This document shows positions 1 to 11,299 of a stretch of 64,000 nt of DNA, in pieces (positions within the stretch are counted from its first letter, which is position 1; every line of letters starts with the position of its first letter). The DNA is from Squalus acanthias (lineage: Eukaryota). The position numbers were made by a program, and so were the translations under genes. The notes beneath the pieces are model-generated. The model searched no databases. It had not been told where the DNA came from and saw only the letters and a list, made by a program, of their open reading frames with translations. The stretch lies in assembly GCA_030390025.1 (NCBI GenBank), contig JASTWF010000034.1, positions 5,890,001-5,954,000 of the forward strand, in the 5' to 3' direction.

Positions 1-280
1 CTCTAAGGTGGAGGTGAAAGATCCCATGGAATTATATTGAAGAGCAGCAGAGTTAACCCCGGTGTTCTGGCCAATATTTATCTCAATCAACATCACTAAA
101 GCAGATTATGTGGTCATTATCACATTGCTGTTTGTGGGAGCTTGCTGTGCGCAAATTGGCTGCCGCGTTTCATACATTACAACAGTGACTACACTTCAAA
201 AGTACTTCATTGGCTGTAAAGCGCTTTGGTACATCCCAGGGTTGTGAAAAGCGCTATATCAATGCAATTCTTTCTTTCTT
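1..280 (+). mobile_element. 3' part of a Deu-domain SINE (SacSINE1/AmnSINE1-like)
   Basis: AAAGATCCCATGG...GCTGTTTGTGGGAGCTTGCTGTGCGCAAATTGGCTGCCGCG...(CTTT)n tail; closely matches the copy at 1923-2360. Confidence 0.75.
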
Positions 281-439
281 AACGTAAACTTCCAAAAGGT
301 AATTGGATATCTGCTTGAAAAGGAGAAATTTTCAGGGGTATGTGGAAACTGTTTAAATGTTCATTACCATTCACGACAGAATATGACAGCTTTGAAATAA
401 TTTGATCTGTTGGTTGTGGGATCGCTTGTCTCTGTCTAA

Positions 440-1035
440 TTTCATTCCATTGATCACCATGGTAGATGCACATGATATGATGGAGGGTGGCCTCAGGGTG
501 AAGGCGAGACTTATTCTCCACAAATATTGTGCAGTGGTCAGTCCTACCAATATAGACAGATGCATATGCGATAAGTAGGTTGGTGAGGACGAGGTCAAGC
601 AGGCTAATCTCTCATCTTGGTTCACCCACCACCTGCTGCAATCCCAGTCTGGCAGCTGTGTTCTTCAGCGCTCGGTTAATGATGGTACTTCCGAGTCACT
701 CTTGGTGATGAACATTGAAGTTTCCCCCTCCCGACCCAGAGTATAATTTGCGCCCTTTCTGCTCTCGGTGCTCCCATCAGCTGGTGTTCAGCATGAAGAT
801 GTGCCGATTCAACAGCTGAGGGAGGGCGGTAGGTGGTAATCAGCAGGAAGTTACCTTGCCCATGTCTGACTGGAAGCCATCAGACTTCATTAAATCCTCA
901 GGCAATGTTGAGGACTCACAGGTTTTCTCCCTCCCGACTGTGTCCCCACCTCTGGTGGGTCTGTGCAGACCCTGGGATGGTGATGGAGGATTCGGGAATG
1001 TTGACTGATAGTTATGATTCTGTGAGTATGAATAT
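440..1035 (-). mobile_element. Decayed LINE (CR1/L2 group) AP-endonuclease fragment
   Basis: Minus strand gives ILTES..., LITTYRPPS and G.FNVHHQE motifs with indels. Confidence 0.65.
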
Positions 1036-1271
1036 CCGAGAATACAATGTTTCCAGCGTGTTTATGGAGTATTAAGGTGGTTACAGGGTATTTATCTCAG
1101 CGGTTAATATTTTAAGCGTTTTCCTTTGATTCCTTGGTGTCAACCCTTTGCTCCTTTTAATTATTCTTCCCCTCGGTCAAACACCATGACATGTTTGTCT
1201 GGGTAAGCTCAACCTTTAGAAACATGTTGTTCTTGTTCTTGTTCTAGTTTCAGGCAATTGAGAAATGAAGT

Positions 1272-1617
1272 GGGAATCAAATTCCTGGATTGAGTCGGGA
1301 GCAGTGTAATGTAGGCAACCCTGGGAATGAAATTCCTGGATTGAGGCGGGAGCAGTTTAATCTAGGCAGCCCTGGGAATCACATTCCTGGATTGAGGTGG
1401 GAGCAGTGTAATCTAGGCAGCCCTGGGAATGACATTCCTGGATTGAGGCGGGAGCAGTGTAATCTAGGCTGTGCCTGGGAATGACATTCCTGGATTGAGG
1501 TGGGAGCAGTGTAATCTAGGCAGCCCTGGGAATCACATTCCTGGATTGAGGTGGGAGCAGTGTAATCTAGGCAGCCCTGGGAATCACATTCCTGGATTGA
1601 GGTGGGAGCAGTGTAAT
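1272..1617. repeat. 51-bp minisatellite, about 6.5 units
   Basis: Unit ATTCCTGGATTGAGGTGGGAGCAGTGTAATCTAGGCAGCCCTGGGAATCAC. Confidence 0.95.
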
Positions 1618-1915
1618 GGTACCTCTATTGTTTGTTAACTCTAACCAAATAGATTCTGTCCTTGACCCCTCGAAGACATCCTCTTTCTCCAGCACTAATA
1701 TTCTCCTTAATCAATACTGCTAATCCACCTCCTTTCTTTCCTTCCCTATCTTTCCCGAACATCTTATATCCAGGAATATTTAGTACCCAATCCTGCCCTT
1801 TTTGAGCCAGGTCTCTGTTATCGTCACGACATCATTTTCCTATGTGGCTATTTGCGCCTGCAGCTCACCCACCTTATTGACCACGCTTCGTGCGTTTACA
1901 CACATGCTCTGTAAA
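1612..1915 (-). mobile_element. CR1 LINE ORF2 start (endonuclease), inverted
   Basis: Minus strand reads CVNARSVVNKVGELQ...VTITETWL...ESIWLELTNNRGTITL. Confidence 0.8.
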
Positions 1916-1922
1916 CCCATCT

Positions 1923-2360
1923 GACAGTGTCAGCTGTGGCTCAGTAGGTAGCACACTCGCCTCTCAGTCAGAGGTTGTGGGTTCCAAGCTCCAGGGACTT
2001 GAGCCCATAAATCTAGGCTGACACTCCCGTGCAGTACTGAGGGAGTGCTGCACTGTTGGAGGTGCCGTCTTTCAGATGAGATGTTAAACTGCTCTCTCAG
2101 GTGGACGTAAAAGATCCCGTTGCACTAGTTCGATGAAGAGTAGTGAAGTTATCCCCGGTGTCCTGGCCAATAATTATCGCTCAATCAACATAACAAAAAC
2201 TATTAATCTGGGCATTATCACATTGCTGTTTGTGGGAGCTTGCTGTGCGCAAATTGGCTGCCGCGTTTCTCACCTGACAACAGTGACTACACTTCAAAAG
2301 TATTCATTGGCTGCAAAACGCTTCGAGACGTCCGGTGGTCGTGAAAGTCTTTCTTTCTCT
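1923..2360 (+). mobile_element. tRNA-derived Deu-domain SINE (SacSINE1-like)
   Basis: A-box TGGCTCAGTAGG, B-box-like GTTCCAAGC, Deu core GCAGTACTGAGGGAGTGCTGCACTG...GGAGGTGCCGTCTTTC. Confidence 0.8.
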
Positions 2361-2377
2361 TTTATCTTCGACCTTGC

Positions 2378-2640
2378 AATAGCAAAATACTGCAGATGCT
2401 GGAAATCTGAAATAACAACAAAAAATGCTGGAAACACTCAGCAGGTCAGGCAGCATCCGTGGAGAGAGAAACAGAGTTAACGTTTCAGGTCTGTGACCCT
2501 TCGGCAGAACTGGAAAAAGTTAGAGATGTAACAGATTGTAAGCAGGTGTAGGGACAGGGAAAGGGGGGAGGAATGAACAAAAGAGATGGTCTGTGATAGG
2601 GTGGAAGGCAGGAGAGGTTAAATGTTCCAAATGGGAATGG
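2378..2640 (-). mobile_element. Penelope-like terminal repeat fragment with a decayed hammerhead core
   Basis: Matches 47920-48130; minus strand reads AGTT-CTGCCGA-AGGGTCACAGACCT-GAAAC-GTTAACT. Confidence 0.7.
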
Positions 2641-2664
2641 CAGAATCATTGGCTGTAAAACGCT

Positions 2665-3598
2665 TCTATAGGCCACCAACTAGTGGGAAGGAAATAGAGG
2701 AGCAAATTTGCAGGGAAATTGCAGAGAGGTGGAAGAAATATAGAGTGGTAATAATGGGGGACTTCAGTTATCCTAATATAGACTGAGATAGTAATCGTAT
2801 AAAGGGAAGAGAGGGGAAGAATTTCCTTAGTGAGTTCAAGAGAACTTTCTTGATTGGTGCATTTCTGGCCCAAAGAGGAAGGAGGCATTGCTGGATCTGG
2901 TTCTGGGGAATGAGGTAGGTGAAGTGGAGAAGATTTCAGTAAGGGAGCATTCAGGGAACGGTGATCGTAGTATCATGAGGTTTATATTAGCTATGGAAAA
3001 GGACGAGGAGCAATCTAGAGTAAAAATACTTAATTGGGGGAGGGCCAATTTCAGTGGGTTGAGAACCGAGCTGGCTTGGGTAAAAGGAATCAAAGATTGG
3101 CAGGCAAAACTGTCATTGAACAATGGGCTGCCTTTAAAGAAGAGATGATTCAGGTACAATCGAGGTACATTCCCACGAGGGGGAAAGGTAGGGCAACCAA
3201 AGCCAGAGCTCCCTGGATGACGAAAGAGATAGTGGAAGATAGAGAGTAAGAGGAAGCAGAGAAAAGGGGCGTATGACAGATGTCAAGTTCAGAATACAAG
3301 TGAGAACCAGGCTGAATATAGGAAGTTCAGGGAGGAAGTGAAAAAGGAAATAAGAGGGGCAAAGAGAGAGTATTAGAATAGATTGGCAGCTAACATAAAA
3401 TGGAATCCAAAAGTCTTCTTTTGGCATATAAATACTAAACGGGCAGTAAGAGGAGGGGTGGGGCCGATTAAGGGCCAAAAAGGAGACCTACGAATGGAGG
3501 CAGAGGGCATGGCTGAGATAGTAAATGAATACTTTGCATCTGTCTTTAGCAAGGAAGAATCTGCTGCCAAAGTCATAGTGAAAGAGGAGGTAGTTGAG
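2665..3598 (+). mobile_element. CR1 LINE ORF2 fragment (endonuclease to linker)
   Basis: YRPPTSG, MGDFSYP, LDLVL, IKWNPKVFF, NEYFASVF with stops and frameshifts. Confidence 0.9.
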
Positions 3599-3669
3599 TA
3601 AAGTGTTGTGATGACAATGGTTCAATGAGTCTGTTTGTTCAATGACTGTAATTAATGCCAGTTACAGTG

Positions 3670-3720
3670 AGGCCTAATGATGTCACTCGGGGATTTCCCT
3701 CTGCTCTAAATAAGGAGCTC
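3670..3720 (+). promoter_or_regulatory. Possible GPCR core promoter
   Basis: CRE-like TGATGTCA and TATA-like TAAATA about 100-140 bp upstream of the ATG at 3813. Confidence 0.3.
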
Positions 3721-3812
3721 CCTTCACTGTGTCACCTCACACAGTCAGCGCGCTGCCCCCAGCACAAAGACCACCAGACACTCACAGAAGGGAAGGCATA
3801 GATTGGGGTGAA

Positions 3813-3888
3813 ATGCTTAGGATATTAGGAATATGGTATGATATACAAAGTATGTACTATCCCCTCCTCACTGCTGTCGGCGTTCCTA
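3813..3888 (+). CDS. Exon 1 of the GPR139/GPR142-like GPCR (N-terminus and start of TM1)
   Basis: MLRILGIWYDIQSMYYPLLTAVGVP, then A|GTAAGG donor in phase 1, which matches the phase-1 acceptor at 9413. Confidence 0.8.
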
Positions 3889-3922
3889 GTAAGGATCTAT
3901 GTCCAGTTATTAATTCTAAGTA

Positions 3923-4159
3923 ATGGAGAGGCCCAGAGAAAGAGCTAGGGGCTTGAGCGACGAGGCTTTGGTGGCTCTGGTTGGCGCTGTGGAACGGCGA
4001 TGGGCAGTGTTGTTCCCTGTGAGGTGCAGGAGGCCATTGCCCCGGGAGTTTAGAAGAGTGTGGAGGGAGGTGGCTCAGCACATCTCCCCGAGGGGCCTGG
4101 TGCCCAGGACCCACACCCAATGTCAGAAGAAGTTCAACGAGCTCACTCGGGTGGTCAGG
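3923..4159 (+). mobile_element. Harbinger Myb/SANT-like DNA-binding gene, first exon
   Basis: RARGLSDEALVALV...LFP...WREVA...RTHTQCQKKFNEL (NAIF1/MSANTD-type); donor AGG|GTGAGT at 4160. Confidence 0.8.
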
Positions 4160-4329
4160 GTGAGTACCTGCTTTTCCAAACCTCTACATCCCTCCATCTC
4201 AACTTCACTCTTTGCCCAGAGGATTTACAAACCCAAATGCCCAGCACTCATTCAAACCTATGGCCATTTCATAAAACACACATCCACATCCCACACCTTG
4301 CACACATTAACCGCTATTCAACAAGATAC

Positions 4330-4668
4330 ACTACAGCAACTCACCAAGGCTTCTTCGGCAGCACCTCCCAAACCAGCGACCTCTTCCACCTAGAAGGACA
4401 AGGGCAGGCGCATGGGAACACCACCACCTCCAAGTTCCCCTCCAAGTCACACACCATCCTGACTTAGAAGTATATCGCCGATCCTTCATCATCGCTGGGT
4501 GAAAATCCTGTAACTCCCTACTTAACAGCAATGTGGGAGTACCTTCACCACACGGACTGCAGCGGTTCAAGAAGGCAGCTCACCACCACCTTCTCAAGGG
4601 CAACGAGGGATGGGCAATAAATGCTAGCCATGCCAGCGAAGCCCACATCCCATAAACGAATAAAAATA
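4330..4668 (+). mobile_element. 3' end of an abundant LINE family
   Basis: GGACTGCAGCGGTTCAAGAAGGCAGCTCACCACCACCTTCTCAAGGGC...AATAAA; the same tail occurs five times in the window. Confidence 0.8.
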
Positions 4669-4672
4669 TACA

Positions 4673-6345
4673 ATGGGAGGCACATCTGCCAAACACATGG
4701 CTGCACATAACGGCTATTCAGCTGTGGTAGGCACATCTGCCAAACACATGTCTGCACACAGTAATGGCTATTCAACTGTGATAGGCACATCTGCCAAACA
4801 CATGTCTGCACACAGTAATGGCTATTCAACTATGATAGGCACATCTGCCAAACACATGTCTGCACACAGTAATGGCTATTCAACTATGATAGCCACATCT
4901 GCCAAACACATGTCTGCATACAGTAATGGCTATTCAACTATGATAGGCACATCTGCCAAACACTGGCTGCACACAGTAATGGCTATTCAACTATGATAGG
5001 CACATCTGCCAAACACATGTCTGCACACAGTAATGGCTATTCAACTATAATAGGCACATCTGCCAAACACATGTCTGCACACAGTAATGGCTATTCAACT
5101 ATAATAGGCACATCTGCCAAACACATGTCTGCATACAGTAATGGCTATTCAACTATGATAGGCACATCTGCCAAACAATTTTTGCACATAGTAATGGCTA
5201 TTCAACTATAATAGGCACATCTGCCAAACACATGTCTGCACACAGTAATGGCTATTCAACTATGATAGGCATATCTGCCAAACACCTGCCTGCACACAGT
5301 AATGGCTATTCAACTGTGGTAGGCACACCTGCCAAATACATGGCTGCACACATTAATGGCTATTCAACTAAGATAGGCACCTCTGCCAAACACATGTCTG
5401 CACACAGTAATGGCTATTCAACTATGATAGGCACATCTGCCAAACACATGGCTGCACACAGTAATGGCTATTCAACTATGATAGGCACCTCTGCCAAACA
5501 CATGTCTGCACACAGTAATGGCAATTCAACTATGAAAGCACCTCTGCCAAACACATGTCTGCACACAGTAATGGCTATTCAACTAGGATAGACACATCTG
5601 CCAAACGCATGTCTGCACACAGTAATGGCTATTCAACTATGATAGGCACATCTGCCAAACACATGTCTGCACACAGTAATGGCTATTCAACTAGGATAGG
5701 CACTTCTGCCAAACACATGTCTGCACACATTAATGGCTATTCAACTATGGTAGGCACCTCTGCCAAACACATGGCTGCACACAGTAATGGTTGTTCAACT
5801 ATGATAGGCACCTCTGCCAAACACATGGCTGCACACAGTAATGGCTCTTCAACTATGATAGGCACCTCTGCCAAACACATGTCTGCACACAGTAATGGCT
5901 ATTCAACTATGATAGGCACCTCTGCCAAACACATGTCTGCACACAGTAATGGCTCTTCAACTATGATAGGCACCTCTGCCAAACACATGTCTGCACACAG
6001 TAATGGCTCTTCAACTGTGTAAGGCACATCTGCCAAACACATGGCTGCACAGAGTAATGGCTATTCAACTATGGTAGGCACCTCTGCCAAACACATGTCT
6101 GCACACAGTAATGGCTATTCAACTATGGTAGGCACCTCTGCCAAACACATGTCTGCACACAGTAATGGCTATTCAACTATGGTAGGCACCTCTGCCAAAC
6201 ACATGTCTGCACACAGTAATGGCTATTCAACTATGGTAGGCACCTCTGCCAAACACATGTCTGCACACAGTAATGGCTATTCAACTATGGTAGGCACCTC
6301 TGCCAAACACATGGCTGCACACAGTAATGGCAATTCAACTATTTG
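4673..6345. repeat. 54-bp minisatellite, about 31 units
   Basis: Unit GGCACATCTGCCAAACACATGTCTGCACACAGTAATGGCTATTCAACTATGATA. Confidence 0.97.
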
Positions 6346-6696
6346 TTGACAGTTTTCCGGCTCATCTCCATGTTGTGAGAACGAGTTCTGTTAGTTCATG
6401 AATTGTTGTGTTTGTTTCAATTTGTTTGTCCTGAATAAATGACACAGAGTTGGTAACACAACTAATTTTTTTAATTGTTACTTTACATCTTTTCTGATTT
6501 GACTCATTGCAGCTTTGTCCAGCAACAGTGTGTGCGGGATGCTTTCAATGATGTGCTTCTTCATCACAGAAGCCATCTTCTCATTAAGGGGTTAGAATCG
6601 GTGTCTTATGAGCTGTTCACGGACGGCCCTTGCAGTGGCAACATTGTGCGCCTCCCTCCCACTTTGGTGCTGCTGATTCTCCTCTTCATCCTCCTG

Positions 6697-7251
6697 CTAC
6701 TCGTCCTCCTCCTCCTCTCCCTCTTGCTCCTCCTCCTCAGGTGGTGCACCAATCCCTGGTGGCAATGGTTGGGTCCTCATGATTGCAATGTTATAAAGCA
6801 TGCAGCACACAACAATCAAGAGGGAGACTCGCTCGGGAGAGTATTGCAGGGCTCCTCCTGAGTGATCTAGAAAGCGGAACCGTTGTTTCAAGACACCGAA
6901 CGCCTGCTCTATCATGTTCCTGGTGGCGCTATGGCTCTTATTGTATTGCAGTTCGACAGGGGTGTTGGGGTTATGGATCGGTGTCATCAGCCAGGTGCAG
7001 AGTGGATAACCCTTGTCCCCGAGGAGCCATCCACTATGTTGACACGGTGGTTGGAAGATGTGTGCAACACCGGACTGGCGCAGAATAAAAGCATTGTGGC
7101 TGCTCCCAGGATAGCGGGCATTAATGGCGAGTATGAGCTGTCTGTGGTCACACACCCTCTGGTCGCGTTTGCCACTCTCTCTCTCTCTGCGCCTCTGCTG
7201 CCTCCGAAGGTGAAGCTGGACGATGACGCCTCAAGTTAGTGCAGCCCCCAT
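6697..7251 (-). mobile_element. Harbinger (HARBI1-like) DDE transposase remnant, internally deleted
   Basis: CDH...ARYPGSSHNAFIL...WLLGDKGYP...LMTP...YNKSHSATRNMIEQAFGVLKQRFR...CCMLYN and an acidic tail; a possible N-terminus (ATG 7251, MGAAL) abuts it directly. Confidence 0.9.
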
Positions 7252-7962
7252 CGAAGCTTCTTAATATCGTTAGAAGGAAGGTGAAATAAAAATGAACCTC
7301 CAAATTGGTGCTCAGGACCCAAAACTCCTTCGGTGAGCGTCGAATCTCTCCAGACGTCTCTCAACCTGCATGTAACAAAAATTTCGCCGACAAGAAACGG
7401 CAGGAGGCAACCGCCTTTAAATAGCGCTCCCCCAGCCCCTTCCCGACTTGAAAACATTCCCCATCTACGTGTCGTTCCTAGCGGCAGGGGCTGAGGCAGG
7501 GCACGCGACTCAATTTTCAGTCCGGGGCGCTACCAGGGCATTGCACGCTCGACTGATGTCACGATCTGCAGGCGCAGGAGATCGTGGCGGCAGTGTTTAG
7601 TGCCAGCGCAAAATGACTGGTCAATTTCATGAGCGGCGCTAAAATAGCCGCGCTCGGGCGCTAAGCTCCTATCGCCCCGTTACCCCTCCCCCCCCCCGAA
7701 GGTGCTCAGGGGAGGTGCTAACCAACCGACGTTTCCCCCCATGATTATCTGTGTTTCTCTCTCTGTCGTTCCCCATCCCATCCGCGCTGCTGTCAGCTAT
7801 TGATTCTGAAGGTGATTTCGTGTTACCAAGATTCAAATGTTCAACTCAAGTAAATTTATTGGTGGTGACTCTTTATTTAACGAATTTCAGTCTGCTACCG
7901 ACACTGAACATTTGTATCAGGTCAGAAGAATGCTGTCTTGGTTTAGGAGACTTTTCACCTAA

Positions 7963-8098
7963 TGGCGAAAGGCCATCGACCTGAAACGTTAACTCTGTTT
8001 CTCTCTCTCTCCACAGATGCTGTCTGACCCGCTGAGTATTTCCATCATTTTCTGTTTTCATTTCAGATTTCCAGTATCGGGCAGTATTTTGCTTTTGA
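7963..8098 (+). mobile_element. Penelope-like terminal repeat fragment
   Basis: GACCTGAAACGTTAACTCTGTTTCTCTC...GATGCTG...CAGATTTCCAG, the same family as 2378 and 47920. Confidence 0.7.
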
Positions 8099-9412
8099 TT
8101 TCACCTAATGCTCGGTATGGTTACTTACAGAGTCACAGGAACAAATCCTGGCAGATCACATCCACATCTTTAAATGTCTGAAATATCCGCCAATCATTCA
8201 GTTCCAGTCAGTGTCTCCTTTCCCACCCTCTCCAGTTCTGCATTATTGGCACTGCTTCTGATGGTTAAAGTAGGATTACAAGGATAATTTACATTCTCAC
8301 AAAACGTTCATTCAGCCAGATTTCAATACATTTCTTTCTGATCATTGTTTTGAATTTGCAATTGGATCCCATGCCCGTCTGTCACAGTTCAGTGGATCTG
8401 TCAGTGAGACCCAGAGTGATTCTCTATTGCCTCCTGCTGTACTTCAGGATAAACAATCCCAGCTGATTGTAACTGAAGTACTGAGGATAAGAACATCCTT
8501 TGATATCTTCTCGTCTAATATTCTCTCCACAAGTTGGAAACAACAGGTTTAAAAGTTCAAGGATAAATCTCTTCCACTTGTGTTCAGATACTTTACAACA
8601 GCATTCGGCGGCACTTTGCCTGTGGATAAATTGTCTGATTTCGATACTGATACATGCATTTAGTGGGACATTACCTGGTCAATCATCACTATTTACTTTA
8701 ATTCAGAGTCCATTATTTGCAATGTTACTTGGCAAATCTTCCTTTCAATTAGCTAGAATTTGTGTATTTCAACAAAAATGCAGTAAACTCAATCTTCAAA
8801 ACATATCTGACAGCCCAGTTATCTTTATAACTGCAGTGCACTTGTATTTATTATCTTAGCATTGTCGTATTACATCCGTACATTTTACATACAATTGCCT
8901 GTAATTATTGCATGCCAAGGTTGCAGTTTCTGTATTTTGCTGTTGCATTCATTTTCAGTTCTAAATAGAATGGATATTCTGACCAGGAGCAGGAATCCAA
9001 GCGGGATTTCCCCCTCCCTAACACAGGGGCACAGAAGCGAACTGCACCGCTCCAAATGCTGACTGATCCCGGGACACGAAGGCTTCCTGAGAGGGTCTGG
9101 TCCTTTGTGTCCCTGGTACCTCGGGCGGTGCTTTTGTCTGCTGGGCTAAATGTAGATCGATCATTTAATCTCTCCTTGATCAAACATCTGTTACTTTCAT
9201 ATTGTATTTATTCCCATTTCAGTTATTGATTCCACAATGTATTCCCGATTATTCTTACAATAAGCCCTGTATTCAGCTCCACAGGTAATAGGATTATATT
9301 ATATCATTCAATGTCGGTAATGAGTTGCAGATTTCACCCCGAATTCCCTCAAACTGCTGCTTTTGCTCCCAGCCTGATGAATAATTTCCCTGTTTATTTC
9401 CCTTCCTCACAG

Positions 9413-10313
9413 TGAACTTAGTGACGATTGTGATCCTGTCTCGGGGAAAGTGCGGTCTCTCCAAATGTGTCACTCGCTACCTGGTGGCCATGGCAGCGGC
9501 GGATCTACTGGTCGTTATCCTCGACCTGATATTGAGGCACATTCCGATTGTTTATTGGGAACAGTTTGATTTCGTGCGGTCCATCCCGTGTGTAATATCC
9601 ACGCCGTCCTGCTGTTCGCAGCCACAGACTGTTCTGTCTGGTTCACCGTCACTTTCACCTTTGATCGATTTGTGGCCATTTGTTGCCAGAAGCTGAAAAC
9701 TAAATATTGCACCGAGAAAACGGCGGCTGTGGTTCTGGGAACAGTGACTGTGCTGAGCGGTTTAAAGAACATCTTCTGGTATTTTATGTTGACAGATCAG
9801 TATGTGCTTTGGAACAACCCCTGGTTTTGTGATGTCACAATCGATCTTGAGAATTCACGGGTCTGGGGAACAATCGAGCTCCTTCATTATATTCTCACCC
9901 CGTGTGTCCCATTTGTGGTGATTCTGCTGCTCAATGCTGTCACCGTCAGACACATTTTAGTGGCCAGCAGAGCCCGCAGGAGACTCCGGGGTCCCAGCAG
10001 TGGGGAGAGTCCCAGAGACCCAGAGATGGAGAGCCGCAGGAAATCCATCATTTTACTGCTTGTTATCTCCGGCAATTTCATCCTGTTATGGGCAGTGTTT
10101 ATGGTGTATTCTATATGGAGCCGGATGTGGTATTTGGGGTATCAGTCTGTATTTCTACCATATTATGTACTGGAACTGGGTTTCATGCTGCAGCTGCTGA
10201 GTTGCTGCACAAACACTGGGATTTACGCCGTGACCCAGACTAAGTTCAGACAGCAGTTGAAGAATGTGGGGAAATATCCCTTTACTCTGATTGCAAAATT
10301 CATTAAAGGATGA
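9413..10313 (+). pseudogene. Exon 2 of the GPR139-like GPCR (TM1 end to TM7 and stop)
   Basis: Acceptor TTTATTTCCCTTCCTCACAG|; ORFs 9412 and 9588 join through a single -1 frameshift; TGA at 10311-10313. Confidence 0.9.
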
Positions 10314-10374
10314 GAAGAAGCGGAGACTTTGCAGCCTGAGAGTTGGCAGTTCCCTGGGCCGAATATTGTGGCCC

Positions 10375-10885
10375 CCCGCACAAAGATGGCGGCTCCGGGG
10401 CCCAGCACAAAGATGGCGGATCCTGGGCCCAGCACAAAGATGGCGGGTCCGGGGCCCCACACAAAGATGGCGGATCCTGGGCCCAGCACAAAGATGGCGG
10501 CTCCGGGGCCCCGCACAAAGATGGCGGTTCCGCGGCCCCGCACAAAGACGCCGGCTCTTGGGGCCCGCACAATGATGGCAGTTCTGGTGACCCGCACAAT
10601 GCTGTCGGCTCTGGGGCTCCGCACAAAGATGGCGGCTCCGGGTCCCCGCACAAAGATGGCGGATCCGGGGCCCTGCATAATGATGGCAGCTCTCGGGCCC
10701 TGCACAAAGATGGCAGCTCTGTGGCTCCACACAAAGATTGCGGCTCTGGGCCTGCGAACAAAGATTGCGGCTCTGTGGCTCCACACAAAGATTGCGGCTC
10801 TGGGCCTGCGAACAAAGATTGCGGCCCTGGGGCCCTGCACAAAGATGGCGGTTCTGCTGCCCGGCACAAAGATGGCGGCTCTTCA
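10375..10885. repeat. 27-bp GC-rich minisatellite, 19 units, carrying YY1-type motifs
   Basis: Unit GCACAAAGATGGCGGCTCCGGGGCCCA; 10 units keep AAGATGGCGG exactly. Confidence 0.95.
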
Positions 10886-10887
10886 AA

Positions 10888-11035
10888 TTTATCGCTGTTC
10901 TTTCATCGTCACTAGGTCAAAAGCTTGAAAATCCTTCCACAACAGTATTGTGGGAGCACCTTCACCACACGGACTGCAGCGGCTCAAGATGAAGGCCCAC
11001 CATTTTCTCATGGGGAACTAGGGATGGGCAAGTGA
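10888..11035 (+). mobile_element. Decayed LINE 3' end
   Basis: CACCACACGGACTGCAGCGGCTCAAG, as at 4330-4668. Confidence 0.65.
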
Positions 11036-11299
11036 TACCACCCTTGATAGTGTCAACCCTAGCCTGATAACAAATACACCGAAATAATAAAATAGGATTC
11101 AAATCAATGATTTTCTAATTCATTGATTGAAACCAGATGAGGCCTGTGATCAGAGCGGGGCGTCAAGTACGATAAACAAATTGTCAACACCACTTGGATC
11201 TCCAATTCTATCGTTGTATGAATGATATTACTCACACTTTCCCAATTTCCCAATCATTAAAAAAGGTGCTTGTAGCCCATGGGATTAAAGTGGCAGTGA

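Larger units (their letters stand above)
3920..7740. mobile_element. Decayed PIF/Harbinger DNA transposon inside the GPCR intron
   Basis: Convergent Myb/SANT (+) and HARBI1-like transposase (-) remnants; GC-rich right end finishing TTTCCCCCC near 7740; no left end recognisable. Confidence 0.7.
3813..10313 (+). pseudogene. Two-exon GPR139/GPR142-like class-A GPCR, frameshifted as assembled
   Basis: Spliced product YYPLLTAVGVP-MNLVTIVILSRGKCGLSKC, then AAADLL (TM2), FTFDRFVAICC (TM3 DRY-like), TPCVPF (TM5), SCCTNTGIY (TM7); 1-bp deletion at 9585-9587. Confidence 0.85.

Noticed and set aside
1930..2005. tRNA gene
   Set aside because: Degenerate head of a Deu-domain SINE; I could not build a complete cloverleaf.
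4673..6349. 18-aa repeat protein (GTSAKHMSAHSNGYSTMI)
   Set aside because: A 54-bp tandem repeat with several frame-breaking indels and no gene structure.
6475..6861. Hydrophobic membrane-protein ORF
   Set aside because: It is the antisense reading of the acidic tail of the Harbinger transposase.
10155..10992. Overlapping ORFs in nearly all six frames
   Set aside because: Artefact of the stop-poor 27-bp GC-rich repeat.
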